This document shows, one piece after another, positions 1-12,261 of a stretch of 64,000 nucleotides of DNA. The stretch comes from Balanoglossus misakiensis (taxonomy: Eukaryota; Animalia; Hemichordata). Position numbers and translations under genes: made by a program. Below the pieces are notes generated by a model that was not told the DNA's origin, did not search any database, and saw nothing but the letters and a program-made list of their open reading frames with translations. The DNA lies in contig CM082588.2 in assembly GCA_040954595.2 (NCBI GenBank), positions 6,584,202 through 6,648,201 on the forward strand, read 5' to 3'. Numbering within the stretch: the first letter of the stretch is position 1; each line of letters begins with the position of its first letter.

Positions 1-99
1 CCCCAGCAGATACAGCCGTGGAATTTGCTGGTCACCATGGGAACCGCTTGTGCCCCCCCAACGCTGCTTGCAGCTTTAATTTTCGTTTTCTTTTTGCAG

Positions 100-377
100 C
101 GATAGAAGGCTTTGTAGCAGAGCCCTACCCACAGCTTACTGTGGTGGTCTTCTATTACGACACCAAGAATGGAGATATGACGGACAAGTTCAACAGGGAA
201 CTCCAAAAAAACATCTTGGCTGACGGAAGAAGCTTTATGTCGTCTGTGACAATAAAGGGAAGGTATCACCTCAGAATCTGTATTCTGAATTTTCGAACCC
301 ATCGCAAGCATATCGACTTTGCCCTGCAAATCATCCAGGAAAGTACTGTCCTGTTGAAAGATAAATACAAATTATAG
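100..377 (+). CDS. Last coding exon of a group II PLP-dependent decarboxylase (aromatic-L-amino-acid decarboxylase-like); rest of gene lies upstream of the window
   Basis: Acceptor ttttctttttgcag at 99. Translation ...PQLTVVVFYY...FNRELQKNILADGRSFMSSVTIKGRYHLRICILNFRTHRKHIDFALQII matches the C-terminal small domain of DDC/GAD-family enzymes. TAG at 375-377. Confidence 0.8.
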
Positions 378-1931
378 TCAACGTTTCTGCCAAACGTCAT
401 AATTAGTATTTGACGTCATGACGAATAATGCCTGTTGTATACAAGTTCGAATTCACTGAACCATTTTATTAGGTAAATTGGCCACGGATGGGTTGTTAAT
501 CAATGTTTCCCGTTACCTGTTATTTTTACTGTTCCATTTTCCGGGTTAAGGTATATTTTGGCCGCGGACGAGGTTCTATACTTCACTAAAATATATCCTC
601 GTGCGACACGAAGTTCCAGATGGTGAATTGATTTTATACCTAGTGACCAAGTTACATACGCAGACGCCTATGCACGTTACTCGGTTCCGTTACCTCTTAT
701 ATTATGATCTCTAGAGATTAGAGTCCATTTTCATTTATAAAATTCGTGATCTTGGAGACAACCTCCACAATGTGGACCCTTCTAAATGAAAATTATGTTA
801 ACCTTTTATCAAAATACATCAGGAACTCTCGGTCACTTGTTTAATAGGTGTTATTTCACGGCAACCTTATAGAGCAACTTACTAGCAGTATGTAAGCAAC
901 CTCTTCAGTATTAAAAGCCTCTCCAGCAGCTTTGACAAATTATTTCAGATTAGGATAAATTTACTCTAGTTATTTTTCATTGGTTTAGAAACACATTTTA
1001 TTGTAAATTTAAAGTGATAAATCTGCCTCTATCTCTCTCTCCCTGGTCGCAGCGATGAAAATGGGATCTTTTACCGGAAGACTTGTGTCGATTTCTTCAT
1101 TCATTCTCTTCTGTGTTCGACAAGTTTTGTCATGTTGCAACAGAAATGTAGGTCACCCGAATTGGCCACGGAATGAGGTCTCTGGGATAGTATCTTGGGC
1201 AACAGTAACTATGGACAATAAAAACACAAATAAACACTCCTTTCTTCGGAATAAGCCACCCACATACCGAAGAACATAGATGTTATTGAATGCAGAAACT
1301 GAAGAATTAGTGATAGCCTGTTAACAAAGGCTTTAAAAGAAAATAACCAGTAAAGGAATGCTATGTGTCATAAAATGGATCCCTAAAGTGTTTACATTAT
1401 ATGTAGGCGTCGCAAAGCCCTTAATCGGTGAATTGCTTCTTGTGTAAAATAGGGTCGATTCGATATTGGTCAATCTTCGTGTACTGACCCCTTTATCATA
1501 AATGCATACCTACATATAAAGCAGTATTTTAACCTTGGGTTGTGTTGTGACAACCAATAAATAAGTATATTTCAGCGAGGTGAAATGAACGTCAAAAGTG
1601 ACTCGCTTTGGCCCTTTAATTAGGCAAATTGACAAGAAAACGGGCTGTTGGTATAGAATAAACACCTGTTTTCCCACTAAGGGGATAGATTTGTGTCAAT
1701 TTCTCCGTTTGTTCTATGAATCCATACTCAGATATAAGAAGTGATTGGCCAACAGTATCTGATATTTCTTTGGCCAGGTGGTTTTGGCGACAAGCCAAAC
1801 AAGACAGGATGTAAACACATGACACCTACTTATTCTTTTGCACACGATTTTAGCAATGAAGAGAAACTGAAAATACCAAGTAGAAGGCGTATGAGTAAAT
1901 ACAGTAATATATCATCCTGTTCACTGAAATG

Positions 1932-2006
1932 TATAAAAAGTCGCGCACCTTGACTTTCAGCATACAGCATTTACAGCGCACGGGGGACGTGGTGTTAAAG
2001 TTTTAG
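1932..2006 (+). promoter_or_regulatory. TATA box and probable non-coding first exon of the Gln/Gly-rich small gene
   Basis: TATAAAAAG at 1932, followed ~75 nt later by the strong donor AG|GTAAGT at 2006/2007. Confidence 0.45.
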
Positions 2007-2652
2007 GTAAGTTTTCATCATGTTTTAATTTTGAATTGTGACCAGTGATATAGCGATTCTCAATAGGATCATGGTGGTAACGTTGGCTGTACACGCCCGC
2101 ATGGAATTAGTGACAGATCACCCAGGAATGACACTTGTCCAGAGAAACTGGAATTCCTGTTTAGGGCTGGATTGAATTTAAAGACGTTTCGAGGTGAGTG
2201 CGGGTCCCCAAAAGTACTATCTGGGACTGGTCGAGATCGCGTTTTTTTGCCATGAGATCGGGCACCTCATATGCATTTTCAACAAATACGGACAAACTCA
2301 GTTCGTCTATTTATATATCCATTTGTGCTTCACCGCGCCTCAGTTTCATCGGTTATTTCAACCCTGAAGGCTAATTGTCATTAGGCACCGGATTTGCCAG
2401 TAACAGTTTCGACGCGGTAATCTCCATTGCAGGCATTTCGCAGGGACGGTAGTTTTGAACATTGAACATTGAATCATGAAAGTCTTCACGAATACAAGAA
2501 GAGCCGAGAGCCGACCAGTTGGAGAACTGGGCGCCTGTGCACAGTTGCTCCATGAGCAAGTTTTTTTTACTGTGCACGTTTGTTGGATTGGATGCACTGC
2601 TGTGAATTCTGATTTTGAAATTCTGTTGGTGCAGTTTTGAGACAGAGGAGAT

Positions 2653-2820
2653 CAGCCACCGAAGATGGACAGAAGAATGATGCAGCAACAGCAGATGATG
2701 GCAAGGCGACTTCAGTATCAGCAGATGATGGCAATGAGGGCCCAGCAGCAGCAGATGATGGCGCAGAGAGTTCAGCAACAGCAGAAGATGGCAAGGAAAG
2801 CTCAGGAACAGCAGATGGAA
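2653..2820 (+). repeat. Imperfect 30-bp coding tandem repeat (~6 units)
   Basis: Units such as cagcaacagcagatgatggcaaggcgactt / cagtatcagcagatgatggcaatgagggcc / cagcagcagcagatgatggcgcagagagtt. Confidence 0.8.
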
Positions 2821-3616
2821 AACGTTCAAGACGCCTATGCGGCCATGCACGCCGAACAGGTAAGCTCTGAACTTCTGTGCGTGTGGTACTGTGGTGCTGG
2901 TGAAATCACCAGAACTCACAAGACGGGGTCAGTTTTCAGTGTCGTGACTAACTGCGTATGTCAGTTAGCTTACATCGATCCGTCACACTACAGAAAACAC
3001 GCACTAATATACCTGCGGCACATATCACAGCTGCATATACAATTTGATAGACTGTAATGATCAGCTCAGAACAACCCGCCCTGGCAGTTCCCGTGTCCTG
3101 CCGTGTCCACCTGGCTCGATCGACTCAGAACCCGTAAACATCATGACTGCCGACACCGACAATATTATACAAAATAACTTAGAAAAACAGAGTTCCGTGT
3201 ACTTAGGTTTTGGACGAACAATTTAGTAACACTCAGTGGCTAGACAAGACATCGGTCACAAAACAGGCCAGCTTGCGACGCGTCGATGTTTACCAACGCG
3301 TATACACGATATGTGTAACCATGACGCAGCGGATGATTACCAAATATTACCAAAAACATAGTTCCCAATAAAATAAATGGCATGATTAATTTTTTGCATA
3401 ACATGACATAAACTTGGCTTGTGTGTGAGCCAAGTATAATATTCGTTGATATTTTTGTTCGTTCAGATGAGTAAAATACGAGTGGCGTAAAGGTATATTT
3501 CGTGTTGACATATATTTTTTTCTTCTTTTATTGTGACCTAGGGATTTGGAGGTGGCTTCGGTTGTGGTGGTGGTGGCTTTGGAGGTGGATTTGATTGTGG
3601 TGGAGGCGAATTCTGA
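2665..3616 (+). CDS. Small (~89 aa) Gln/Met-rich protein with Gly-rich tail; coding exons 2665-2859 and 3542-3616
   Basis: Acceptor gtgcag at 2634, in-frame stop, then ATG at 2665. MDRRMMQQQQMMARR...AMHAEQ ends at the phase-0 donor CAG|GTAAGC. A long polypyrimidine tract and ag at 3541 give in-frame GFGGGFGCGGGGFGGGFDCGGGEF-TGA. Confidence 0.6.
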
Positions 3617-5649
3617 ATGGTCACACGTACAGTGGAACCCACCGAAGACGGATAGAATTGGTGAAATGCCTTCACAACTGTTCCGCTTCGAGATCGTCAT
3701 CCAAGAATTACAATATTAACCAAGGCAGCAAACTACTTTGCAGACCCATATTTCTTGACGTGGGCAATTCTATAGAAATAATAAATAGCCCGTTTGCCCG
3801 TGCACGGAACTGTTTATTAGGAAACAATGGGTTGACTGTACATTGTTATGTAGTAACCCATTGTTTTCTTTTAAAGTTCCACTGCACTGTATATATGTAT
3901 ATATTTTAAAGTTTGTTTGTATCAGAGTAGCTTCCAATTCTCTTCGATAGTCTGGTTGCAACAAATTCATTTTTAAATTGTTCATTTATTGAATTGTATG
4001 TTTTACTGTCAGGGATGATAACCTGTTGTTAATCGCAATTTTGTAAACATTAGATAATTTTTCTTGAAATGTAAAACCATAAGAAATGTACAAATGTTCG
4101 TAGAATATAATGGGTTAGAATTAAATGCTCTATACCAGAAAGGCTTTAAGCATTTGTTTACGTGAGGAACTCGTTTTTTTGTGGTAGTGCAATTTTTAGC
4201 GAGTGTGAAAGCTTATGTGAGAGACGGATATCCTTCTGGTTGCGTTTAACCCAGTGATGCCTAAAATACAAAAATACAAAAGAAAAGAAAAAGAAAAACC
4301 ATGACGCTCCATACTTTGAACAATCACACAAACTAAGCAAGGTCAAGTGCACAGGTGTTGTGAACGAGAAACCCCTAACGACCATAGCGTGGCAGCCCGG
4401 GAATTTATGAGTTGGTTAATAAAAATAGCATTGGACTTTAGTAACATTTCTGTCTTAACACGCATGCGTCATGGTAGATATCCGCGCCTACATAAAATGC
4501 ACTCTCCACACAAGTTCAAGAAACTTATTCCCAGCGTTTATGTTCGTTGAACTACTGAGTGTTCTCGATCCCACTTGACGCTGTTTTTGGCCGACTTTTC
4601 CTGTATATTATTCCGACCAGCTTATTTAGTATTTCTCTAACAATTACCGCCACCTTACATGAAAAAAAAATAATTACATTGTACAAGTAAAATATTATTC
4701 ATTTTAATTTTTAACAGAAAATACATGCCCTCCACATCTTCACAATATAGTAAACGTCGATCAGATACATATTGATTTCACACACACATTCGCCGCACAT
4801 GAAGTAATCAATTAATAGTATTTGGCTATCACTACCATTTGCCATGTAATAAAAGTGTTTAAGTAATTGCATGTTTTAATTTGTAAAATGATCGTAATTT
4901 TGTATTCTGGTTCTAATTGTTCTGTCTGTCATACAACTGACCGGAACAAATTTGGGAACAAAATGTCAACTCTCTCATTTCAACGGGTCGACTAATTAAC
5001 ATCCGGTTGTTGATTCGGCGCAGATTCAATTCGGTTGTTGTCAAATTAAACAGACCACAACCATTATTTCGCTGTTTCAGAGATCACTTGGTTTATTGGT
5101 GTATTGATTGTCGCGCGATCAAAGCAGAAAATCTCATTTGAAAACGTTCCGTTCTGTCAACATTTCGTTCGATTACAAAAATGAAAAGAAATAACAGAAC
5201 GCTGCAAATTGGATGCAGTGTTTGTATTATTGAACGCTGTCGCAAATTCTCCTGTGAAAAATTGGAGAATTTTTTGACGTTCTTGGTGTAAATTTCACAA
5301 AATTCAATTGTCACTGTTGCGATACCGATGCGCATGCAGGTTTTGCATCTTTATATATTCAGTGCTATCCTAAATCGACAGGTGGGTTCACGGTTGGTCT
5401 CGCCAACCTGACTACGATTTCAACGCCAGGGCGAGTGGAGCATGCGCAAAGCCCCAGCCGAAATGCAAATTGGCCACGTGTAATACAGAGCTGTGTTGTA
5501 TTTATAGTAAGCCAATGAAAAACTCGACATTAAGGAAAAAGTTGAGGGTACCTATCGAACGGTGCAAGTGTTGATAAGACTTTGGATAGGGCAGTATGAT
5601 GACTGGGAGCTGAGTGTGAGGTAATCCTGCCACGCGACGAATAGTGAAA

Positions 5650-7296
5650 ATGTTGTACAAATTTTGTATTTACCAATTTTTCGTGCAATTTCACTATTTC
5701 GCGGCCAGCGGAGTGACGGCCCAATTATTGTCCGCTGGGTTTTCCGAAGAACCAGATGCTGCCGTGCACGTGTTTGAGCACGGATCGACTGAAGTCTTGA
5801 CTGTCTACCTGAAGTGTAAGGTTGAGAGTGTTCACTCTGAACACAAAGTCTCGTGGCTCAAAAATAGCGTCATTATCAGTGATGATCTCCGGATGAGACC
5901 AGGTTACCATGGACGGTACAGTATACAAGGCGGAGGCGTCGATGGACGGTATGATCTTCAGATGCACCCGGTTTCGGTCTTATACGCCACTATCGACGCG
6001 GGCGTGTACACCTGCGCTGTCCTGCGGCGGCACGACGAGTCCGTGGTCCGGTCTTCTCGCGCGGCCAGAGTCACGCTGTACGTCACCCCACGACTGGGCC
6101 ACCCGATTTGCCGCGCTCCCCGAGGGGTGGCGGCGACCGACACGGGCATCGTCGTCACCGAGGGAACACCGGTGCATCTGTCGTGTCAGTCGGATCTGGG
6201 AATTCCGCCGGCGTCGCTCGCGTGGGACAAAGACGGCGAAGTTCTGACCAGCGCAAGGCAGGGATTCGACCAAGGGTTTGAATTTCTCGACTACGACTGG
6301 TTTCCAAGTCATCTTGATGATGCAAACACGCGGTTCAGGTGCAGTATGGACCACCCGGGGTTTTCAGTTCCTGGGTATATCAGAGTAGACACGAGCTGTG
6401 TACTGGGACCCTTCGAGATCCACTACAAACCATCAGTCAGTCTTCTAGTGAGAAACCAAACTCTTCTGCATGGCAGTGTAAATATCACCATCGAGTGTGA
6501 AGCAGACGGTAACCCGTCGGAGTACACGTACTCTTGGACCCACCACGAGGCTGATGATGATTCGAACGGTGAGTACTTCCACGTACAGAGTCAGGGAAAT
6601 TCCCTCTCAATTTTTGGAGTCGGCCGAGAGAGCCGGCTTCGTGTAACATGCCGCGTAGAAAACTCAGTCGGCAACGGTACAGCGAGCAGCGTTCTTTTCG
6701 AATTAATATCCCCGGAACCGACATTAAGTCCCCCCGCGGCGTCGCAAGACATCCCCGCTAGTTTCGTACACGAGCAGTACTCGGCGAAACGGCCACACCC
6801 GGGAATACTTGTCACAAGCACTGCCGTTGTCGCCCCGTTCGCCGCAGTCCTCCTGGTTAGTCTGCTAGTAGCGTGCATCGTGAGACGTCGAAAGGGAAAG
6901 GAGTCAACGGACGGCGAGGACACCGACTGCCGCCGAGAGAACGAGGAGAGAAACGCCGCCTCAAACTGCGCCAGCTACTTCAGCTACGGCTACGATCAGG
7001 TATACAACGACATTAGACCGTACGCAGTGACGGAGTTATCTCGCGGGAGAGCTTCCAAACCTACGCCCGCTGAACACGGCCCGACAACCGGCGATTCTGC
7101 CAAACAGAGAGACGCGGAACTAGGAGCGGTGTCGTCAGCCGTAAACGGGAACCTGACGATGAGAATCGGAGAACACACCGGTCAGGGAGGGGGGCAACGG
7201 GAATTCGTGAAGATTCCTCGCCTTGAACACATCTATGCCACAATAAACAGCGACGGAGAAGATTCGGCGCCGCCGCCTGAGGAGTTTTACTGCTGA
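5650..7296 (+). CDS. Intronless type I membrane Ig-superfamily protein (3 Ig domains, TM, Tyr-motif cytoplasmic tail; nephrin/Kirrel/CADM-like)
   Basis: 548-aa ORF from ATG 5650. Signal-like N-terminus; Ig cores LKC...SWLK...DAGVYTC, LSC.S..G.PPASLAWDKDG...FRC and IECEADGNP..YTYSW...VTCRVENSVG; TM segment VVAPFAAVLLVSLLVACIV followed by RRRK. Confidence 0.9.
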   Translation: MLYKFCIYQFFVQFHYFAASGVTAQLLSAGFSEEPDAAVHVFEHGSTEVLTVYLKCKVESVHSEHKVSWLKNSVIISDDLRMRPGYHGRYSIQGGGVDGRYDLQMHPVSVLYATIDAGVYTCAVLRRHDESVVRSSRAARVTLYVTPRLGHPICRAPRGVAATDTGIVVTEGTPVHLSCQSDLGIPPASLAWDKDGEVLTSARQGFDQGFEFLDYDWFPSHLDDANTRFRCSMDHPGFSVPGYIRVDTSCVLGPFEIHYKPSVSLLVRNQTLLHGSVNITIECEADGNPSEYTYSWTHHEADDDSNGEYFHVQSQGNSLSIFGVGRESRLRVTCRVENSVGNGTASSVLFELISPEPTLSPPAASQDIPASFVHEQYSAKRPHPGILVTSTAVVAPFAAVLLVSLLVACIVRRRKGKESTDGEDTDCRRENEERNAASNCASYFSYGYDQVYNDIRPYAVTELSRGRASKPTPAEHGPTTGDSAKQRDAELGAVSSAVNGNLTMRIGEHTGQGGGQREFVKIPRLEHIYATINSDGEDSAPPPEEFYC

Positions 7297-8640
7297 AAGT
7301 GTTTGTAGCGAAAGTCTATAAAGGAAACTGTCATATAGAATTGAGCTTTAGGCAAACGGTTGCCTCGGACAACAACTTTGCAAACCATGGTTCCGTCATT
7401 TGGGCGGAGATTACAATCATATGCGTCAGACTGGCAGCTGGAATTTTTCACGAAAATTAATTTTTAACTATTAAGTATTTCGCACATGGTTGAACAATCA
7501 GACAACGCCTCTGTGACCTGAAATAGTTCTCGTATTTCTTCTCCCTGTAGAAATTACAGCATTTTTGTGATGTGAAATCCCATAGTCCTACAATGTGTTG
7601 CATCGTTGTTTTCTGTTGTATGGTTTAAGCTGGTCTGGTCTGTAAACTAGCTGATATTTTGTAGTTTAGTCGCAAAACACAAAACGTTTCATATTTTTGT
7701 ACAGGGATTTTATTACCTGGGCGCTCCATTTCTCAACATATAATTACTTCTCTTTCTTTCATTTCATCACCAGTACATATTCATGAGAACACTGATATTA
7801 TTTAAGTCCTTAATAACAATATTTTGATAATATGCTGTCACAAAATTAACAATTGCTAATTAAAGGAAATAGGCCAATACGTGCATCGATCGTTTTTTCT
7901 GAAATAAATCTATCAATCACTATGCAACATTTACGTTTTCCAGTTCAATAGTCAATTTTGTTGATAAAAAGCCAAAATATACGTTATTCGTTTAACATAT
8001 GTTAATTTAATTAAGAAAATGCACATATGTTGGTATAACGACGTTCCTTGACCCATTGGACTCCCTAGATTACTCACAATTTAATGTGTTCAGAATACAC
8101 AATTCCCGACTTTGCATTTTATAAAAGCACAAAATACACAATTGAAATAATATATGAATAGTTACATAATTTTTAAAATAAAAAAAAAAAACATTCTTAT
8201 TACTCAATCCAAAATAATGTTAAGATGCAGAGCATCATTTGTCTATTTTGTCACAGGAGATTATTAAATATCCGGTTTCAACTGTCCAGAAAAGTCCAGA
8301 AGAAAATAAATAAACCCACACAAAAAACATATTGCTATTTATATTTGCTCGATGCAGTGTGAATTAAGAAAACTATTTCAATTTTCGGAACTTCACTTGA
8401 ACATTGACATTTTAATTACTGAATCAATTACTGTATTAATTTTTAAAATATTGCCTTGTTACTGTTAAGAATTTCAGGTATGCCAAAGACATATTTACTA
8501 TATATGTGGCGTATAGAATAGAATGATTGTAAACACACTCAAACGTGTCCGGCTATTATTTATTCGGGTTAATATGGTATGTGTATATATATTTACTATC
8601 CAAAACTGAAACACCTATTTTTGGCTAATTCTGGCACGCG

Positions 8641-9683
8641 TAGTCTACCCGCATAATGAAGCCAAAACGTCCATTAGTTTTGGCATCAAAATGCATGAAT
8701 CTGTCTGTTTTTTCCCCCATAGATCCTTTCGATAAAACCTCGGGCCTGATATAAACTTAAGAGCTCAGTCATGCGTGTTGAGAATGTCCGTGATCTTGCA
8801 CATTACAGTTTTAACTTACTTGGTTCTGTTGGTAAAGCGTTGATATTGTCTTATTATTAATTAACAATTATCATACCTTCTCTCTCAGATACCATCAATT
8901 ACGATATTTCAAACGTTACCGATATCATCAAGGTTCTTCGTGGTTCTTTTCGAAATTCGTGGTTCTTACGTTTTACAGCCTACAAAGTCAAAAATTCTCG
9001 TGGTTCTAGTTTACAAAGTCTGATTTGTAGTCTATGCGATGATAATTTTTCATAATTAATCAACAATCATCGTAATTTTTCGATCCAATATCATCAAGGG
9101 TCTTAAATACGAATTTTTCGTACGTGATCGATATCATCAAGGTTCTTAATTAGGAATTTTCACGTGGCCGAGGTTCTTACCGGAAATCGAGGTTCTTACG
9201 TTTTACAGTCTAAAAAGTAAAAAATAATCGAGGTTCTGGCTTACAAAGTTATATTTTTCTGCACTTGCGTGGTCATTTTCACGAACGAGTTAGTCGCTGA
9301 TGAAAGACGGCGGTCAGTATGTATACATTTATGAATTATTTATAGAAGCGTGTGTTTTATAACGGTAGATCCCGTTTCGTGCAGTTTTCATGGAAAAAAA
9401 TCACTTCGGCAAACCATCTAATATAAATGTTTACATTTTGCTAAAATCGTAGACAGTGTATGCTAAAGTCCCATAGAACATTTTCTGCGTGTTATAAAAC
9501 AGTATGGCCTTGTGACGATAATTTAGGAATGATTGAAAATATGCTGGTTCCTATATCACCATTGAAAGTGCCCATGTTAACGCTAATACACCCGTTTTAT
9601 GCCAAAGCGGTATAAAATAAAATGTATACAACGCTGTAGTTTAAAGCTAAACGCGTGCCTATAGAAAATGCAGGTAGGGCGAA
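8641..9683. mobile_element. Degenerate non-autonomous DNA-transposon-like element with internal repeats
   Basis: Imperfect inverted ends (ctacccgcat at ~8645 / atgcaggtag at ~9668; ttttggcatcaaaa / ttttatgccaaa). Internal duplicated blocks: gatatcatcaaggttctt (3 near-copies) and ggttcttacgttttacag (2 copies). Confidence 0.35.
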
Positions 9684-12261
9684 TATACATGTATTGACTG
9701 ACTGTATGAGAAACTCGTGGGTACATGTATGTGAGTCACCTCAAAACGGTCGCTTTCATCAGCCTTGATCGGTCAATATATATTGTATGTGCTTCGTCGT
9801 TAAATGTTTAAGTTCAACGACACTTTGTTATAAGTGGCACTCGAATCACTTGGAATTATACGCGGGGGTTGACGTGCGACACACGTACACATATGGACGG
9901 CAAAACAGCAATGAAACATTAAAATGACATGTATTTTATTTATTTATATATCATCAGATATCGGATCACGATTGAATTAACCCATTAGACTCCCTGATAC
10001 ATGATATGCGCCGTTCTAAAGTTCCTAATCAAGATATAGAAATGCTGCTCACATTCTATACCTGTGAGCGTATGAGATACTCGTATAAATCTGCCAAGAA
10101 ATGACCTCCCTGAATTTTGAGATATTGATCTGTATAACCGAACTGAAAAAAAAACGCATTTCCAGATTGAGATCATCCCATGACGTTTAATGACATTCAG
10201 GAGATTTGACCCTTTTCTGAAACTGGTATTAACGTAATTGGTAATACGTAGATAACATCGGAAATTGGCATTATCTCCTTCGCAGATATTGTATGTTTAA
10301 TGAATTAAACATGGCCGCCGTATGAATACAGTGGAGTGATTGGTTGCTATGCTGATCTTGGATTATCATAACGATGCATGTCGGGAGTTTTGTCCAACAA
10401 CAAGTTTATCTCTTGGATATCAGTTCATACGTTGATTTAATGTTTATAGAACGGCGTTTCTGGAGACGATATTATTGAATTTTTAACTGAAGATGTCCGC
10501 TCCACTTATTCAGGTTGATGTCTCTATTATATAATTATTGTGTAAATTTCAGTTATCTTCTAATTTCGGAGGTAGGTTTCCTTATGTAAGCGTAAAACAG
10601 CCGTTTATTATGAGTGAATATTCACACACAAAACACAAGCATAGCAACGTATATGCCTCGACAAGTTTAAAGCATGGTACCCGCATATACGAAAGCACGC
10701 ATATGGATTAAACCTATCAGCCATGAGGCCAGTAATATTTGAATTTGTTTGCAAGTTTTGATATAAATAACAAATGTTGTTTGACGAAGTCATAATTTTT
10801 ACTGGCTGGTCCTTATCGATATGTTTGCGTGGTGACTTTGAGCTCTACTGTTGTACAGTGCAGGTTACTTCAAACTTTCCCCGGAAAACAACAAGGAAAT
10901 TTGGTACTATACCTTTGGTGTGAGTTATCAGCCTTCTTCGTACAGTAGCTTGCAGAGTCAGAGGAGGAAAATATCACAGTATCTCGCTGTTTTTCTCGGG
11001 ATATTTAAACATTCGAGGGAAAATGTGGAATTTGTCAACTTTGGTAATCAGAAAGTACCCAACGTAATTTTGCCCACCATTTACAATATGATGGTTACAC
11101 GTACCCTACTATAATGTACTACTAAACTGAATATGCGTCGCTTGAGGGCGCCGGATTGCCTGTTTGACATTTCATAGTGTGATGATGAGGTGACCAGTAC
11201 AGGCTGTAGTCAGATTTCTTTTGTTTGTTGATGGTTTCATCCTAATTATAACAGGAACTTGAACATGCTATGCAAATTATCAGAGATATAAACCGTGCTG
11301 TATTTTGATTCAACCATATGCATAGATAGCCGTTTTGATATCCATATTGAAGTTCTTTCAGTGAGAGTGGGCCCTGAATTATTTTCTAAAATAACCATTG
11401 TTTCAAGTTGCATTGTTGCTTACATTCTTTAGAAACAGGAAGCTACCGGATGTTTTTCTTTTTCGAAATATGATGCAAAATTACCATTAACCAGATGGTA
11501 GTAACGGAAGAATGATAAATCTGGTCTTGTATCAATATTGTGGATTTTTAAAACAATCCCTGATTATGAGTGCGGACGGCACCGTAACAAGACGATTTGA
11601 ATAGCCATCTTGCCAATTAGCGATAATTGGTAGGTTTTTAATTACCCTAGTATTCGTAAACCTCCTAATTGCGCATCTGGTGAAAGACCCCGGGGAGAGT
11701 TCCAATGCACTGATTAGTTATCTATAGTCTTCGGTACAGCCTGTCTGGCGAATTATTGAGACAAGCACCCCCGGGAAACCAACCTCAATATAAGCAAGAC
11801 CAATTTCCCAATACCAGCCAAGCGACACTCTGGTAGAAAACGAAGATACCAATATCGCAAGTTACCATAGCAGGCAAGTGAGTATTTTAACCGGTTTCGT
11901 GTTGTTCTTGTGTCTAGAATGTGGCATGCCACTTGATGTTTCACTATTGCACATTAGGACTATATTTCAACTATTAATTTCGACACCACAGAACCAAAAC
12001 TAATAATTAGGCTTTTTGAACGAAGCTGGTTGCATGCAAAGTACATTTAAAGTGAAGTTCATTCAAAATCTCCAGCTTTTTATTCTTGTTGAAAACCATC
12101 ATTTGGAAGCCCGTTACAGCACTAACGTTTAAGGAGTAACAAGCTTATTTAGGTACAAACGCAATTTTAAAATTTGCAATACTAGTACACAAAAGCACAC
12201 CGCTAGTTTCACATGTTTTTTCCATATCAGAAACTCTGTGTTTCTATTACAGACAACAATC

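Noticed and set aside
2637-2870. Alternative acidic frame (SATEDGQKNDAATADDG...) as the real product
   Set aside because: Splicing it to the 3542 exon gives an implausible Trp-rich frame, and it has no ATG of its own; the Gln-rich frame fits ATG, phase and stop.
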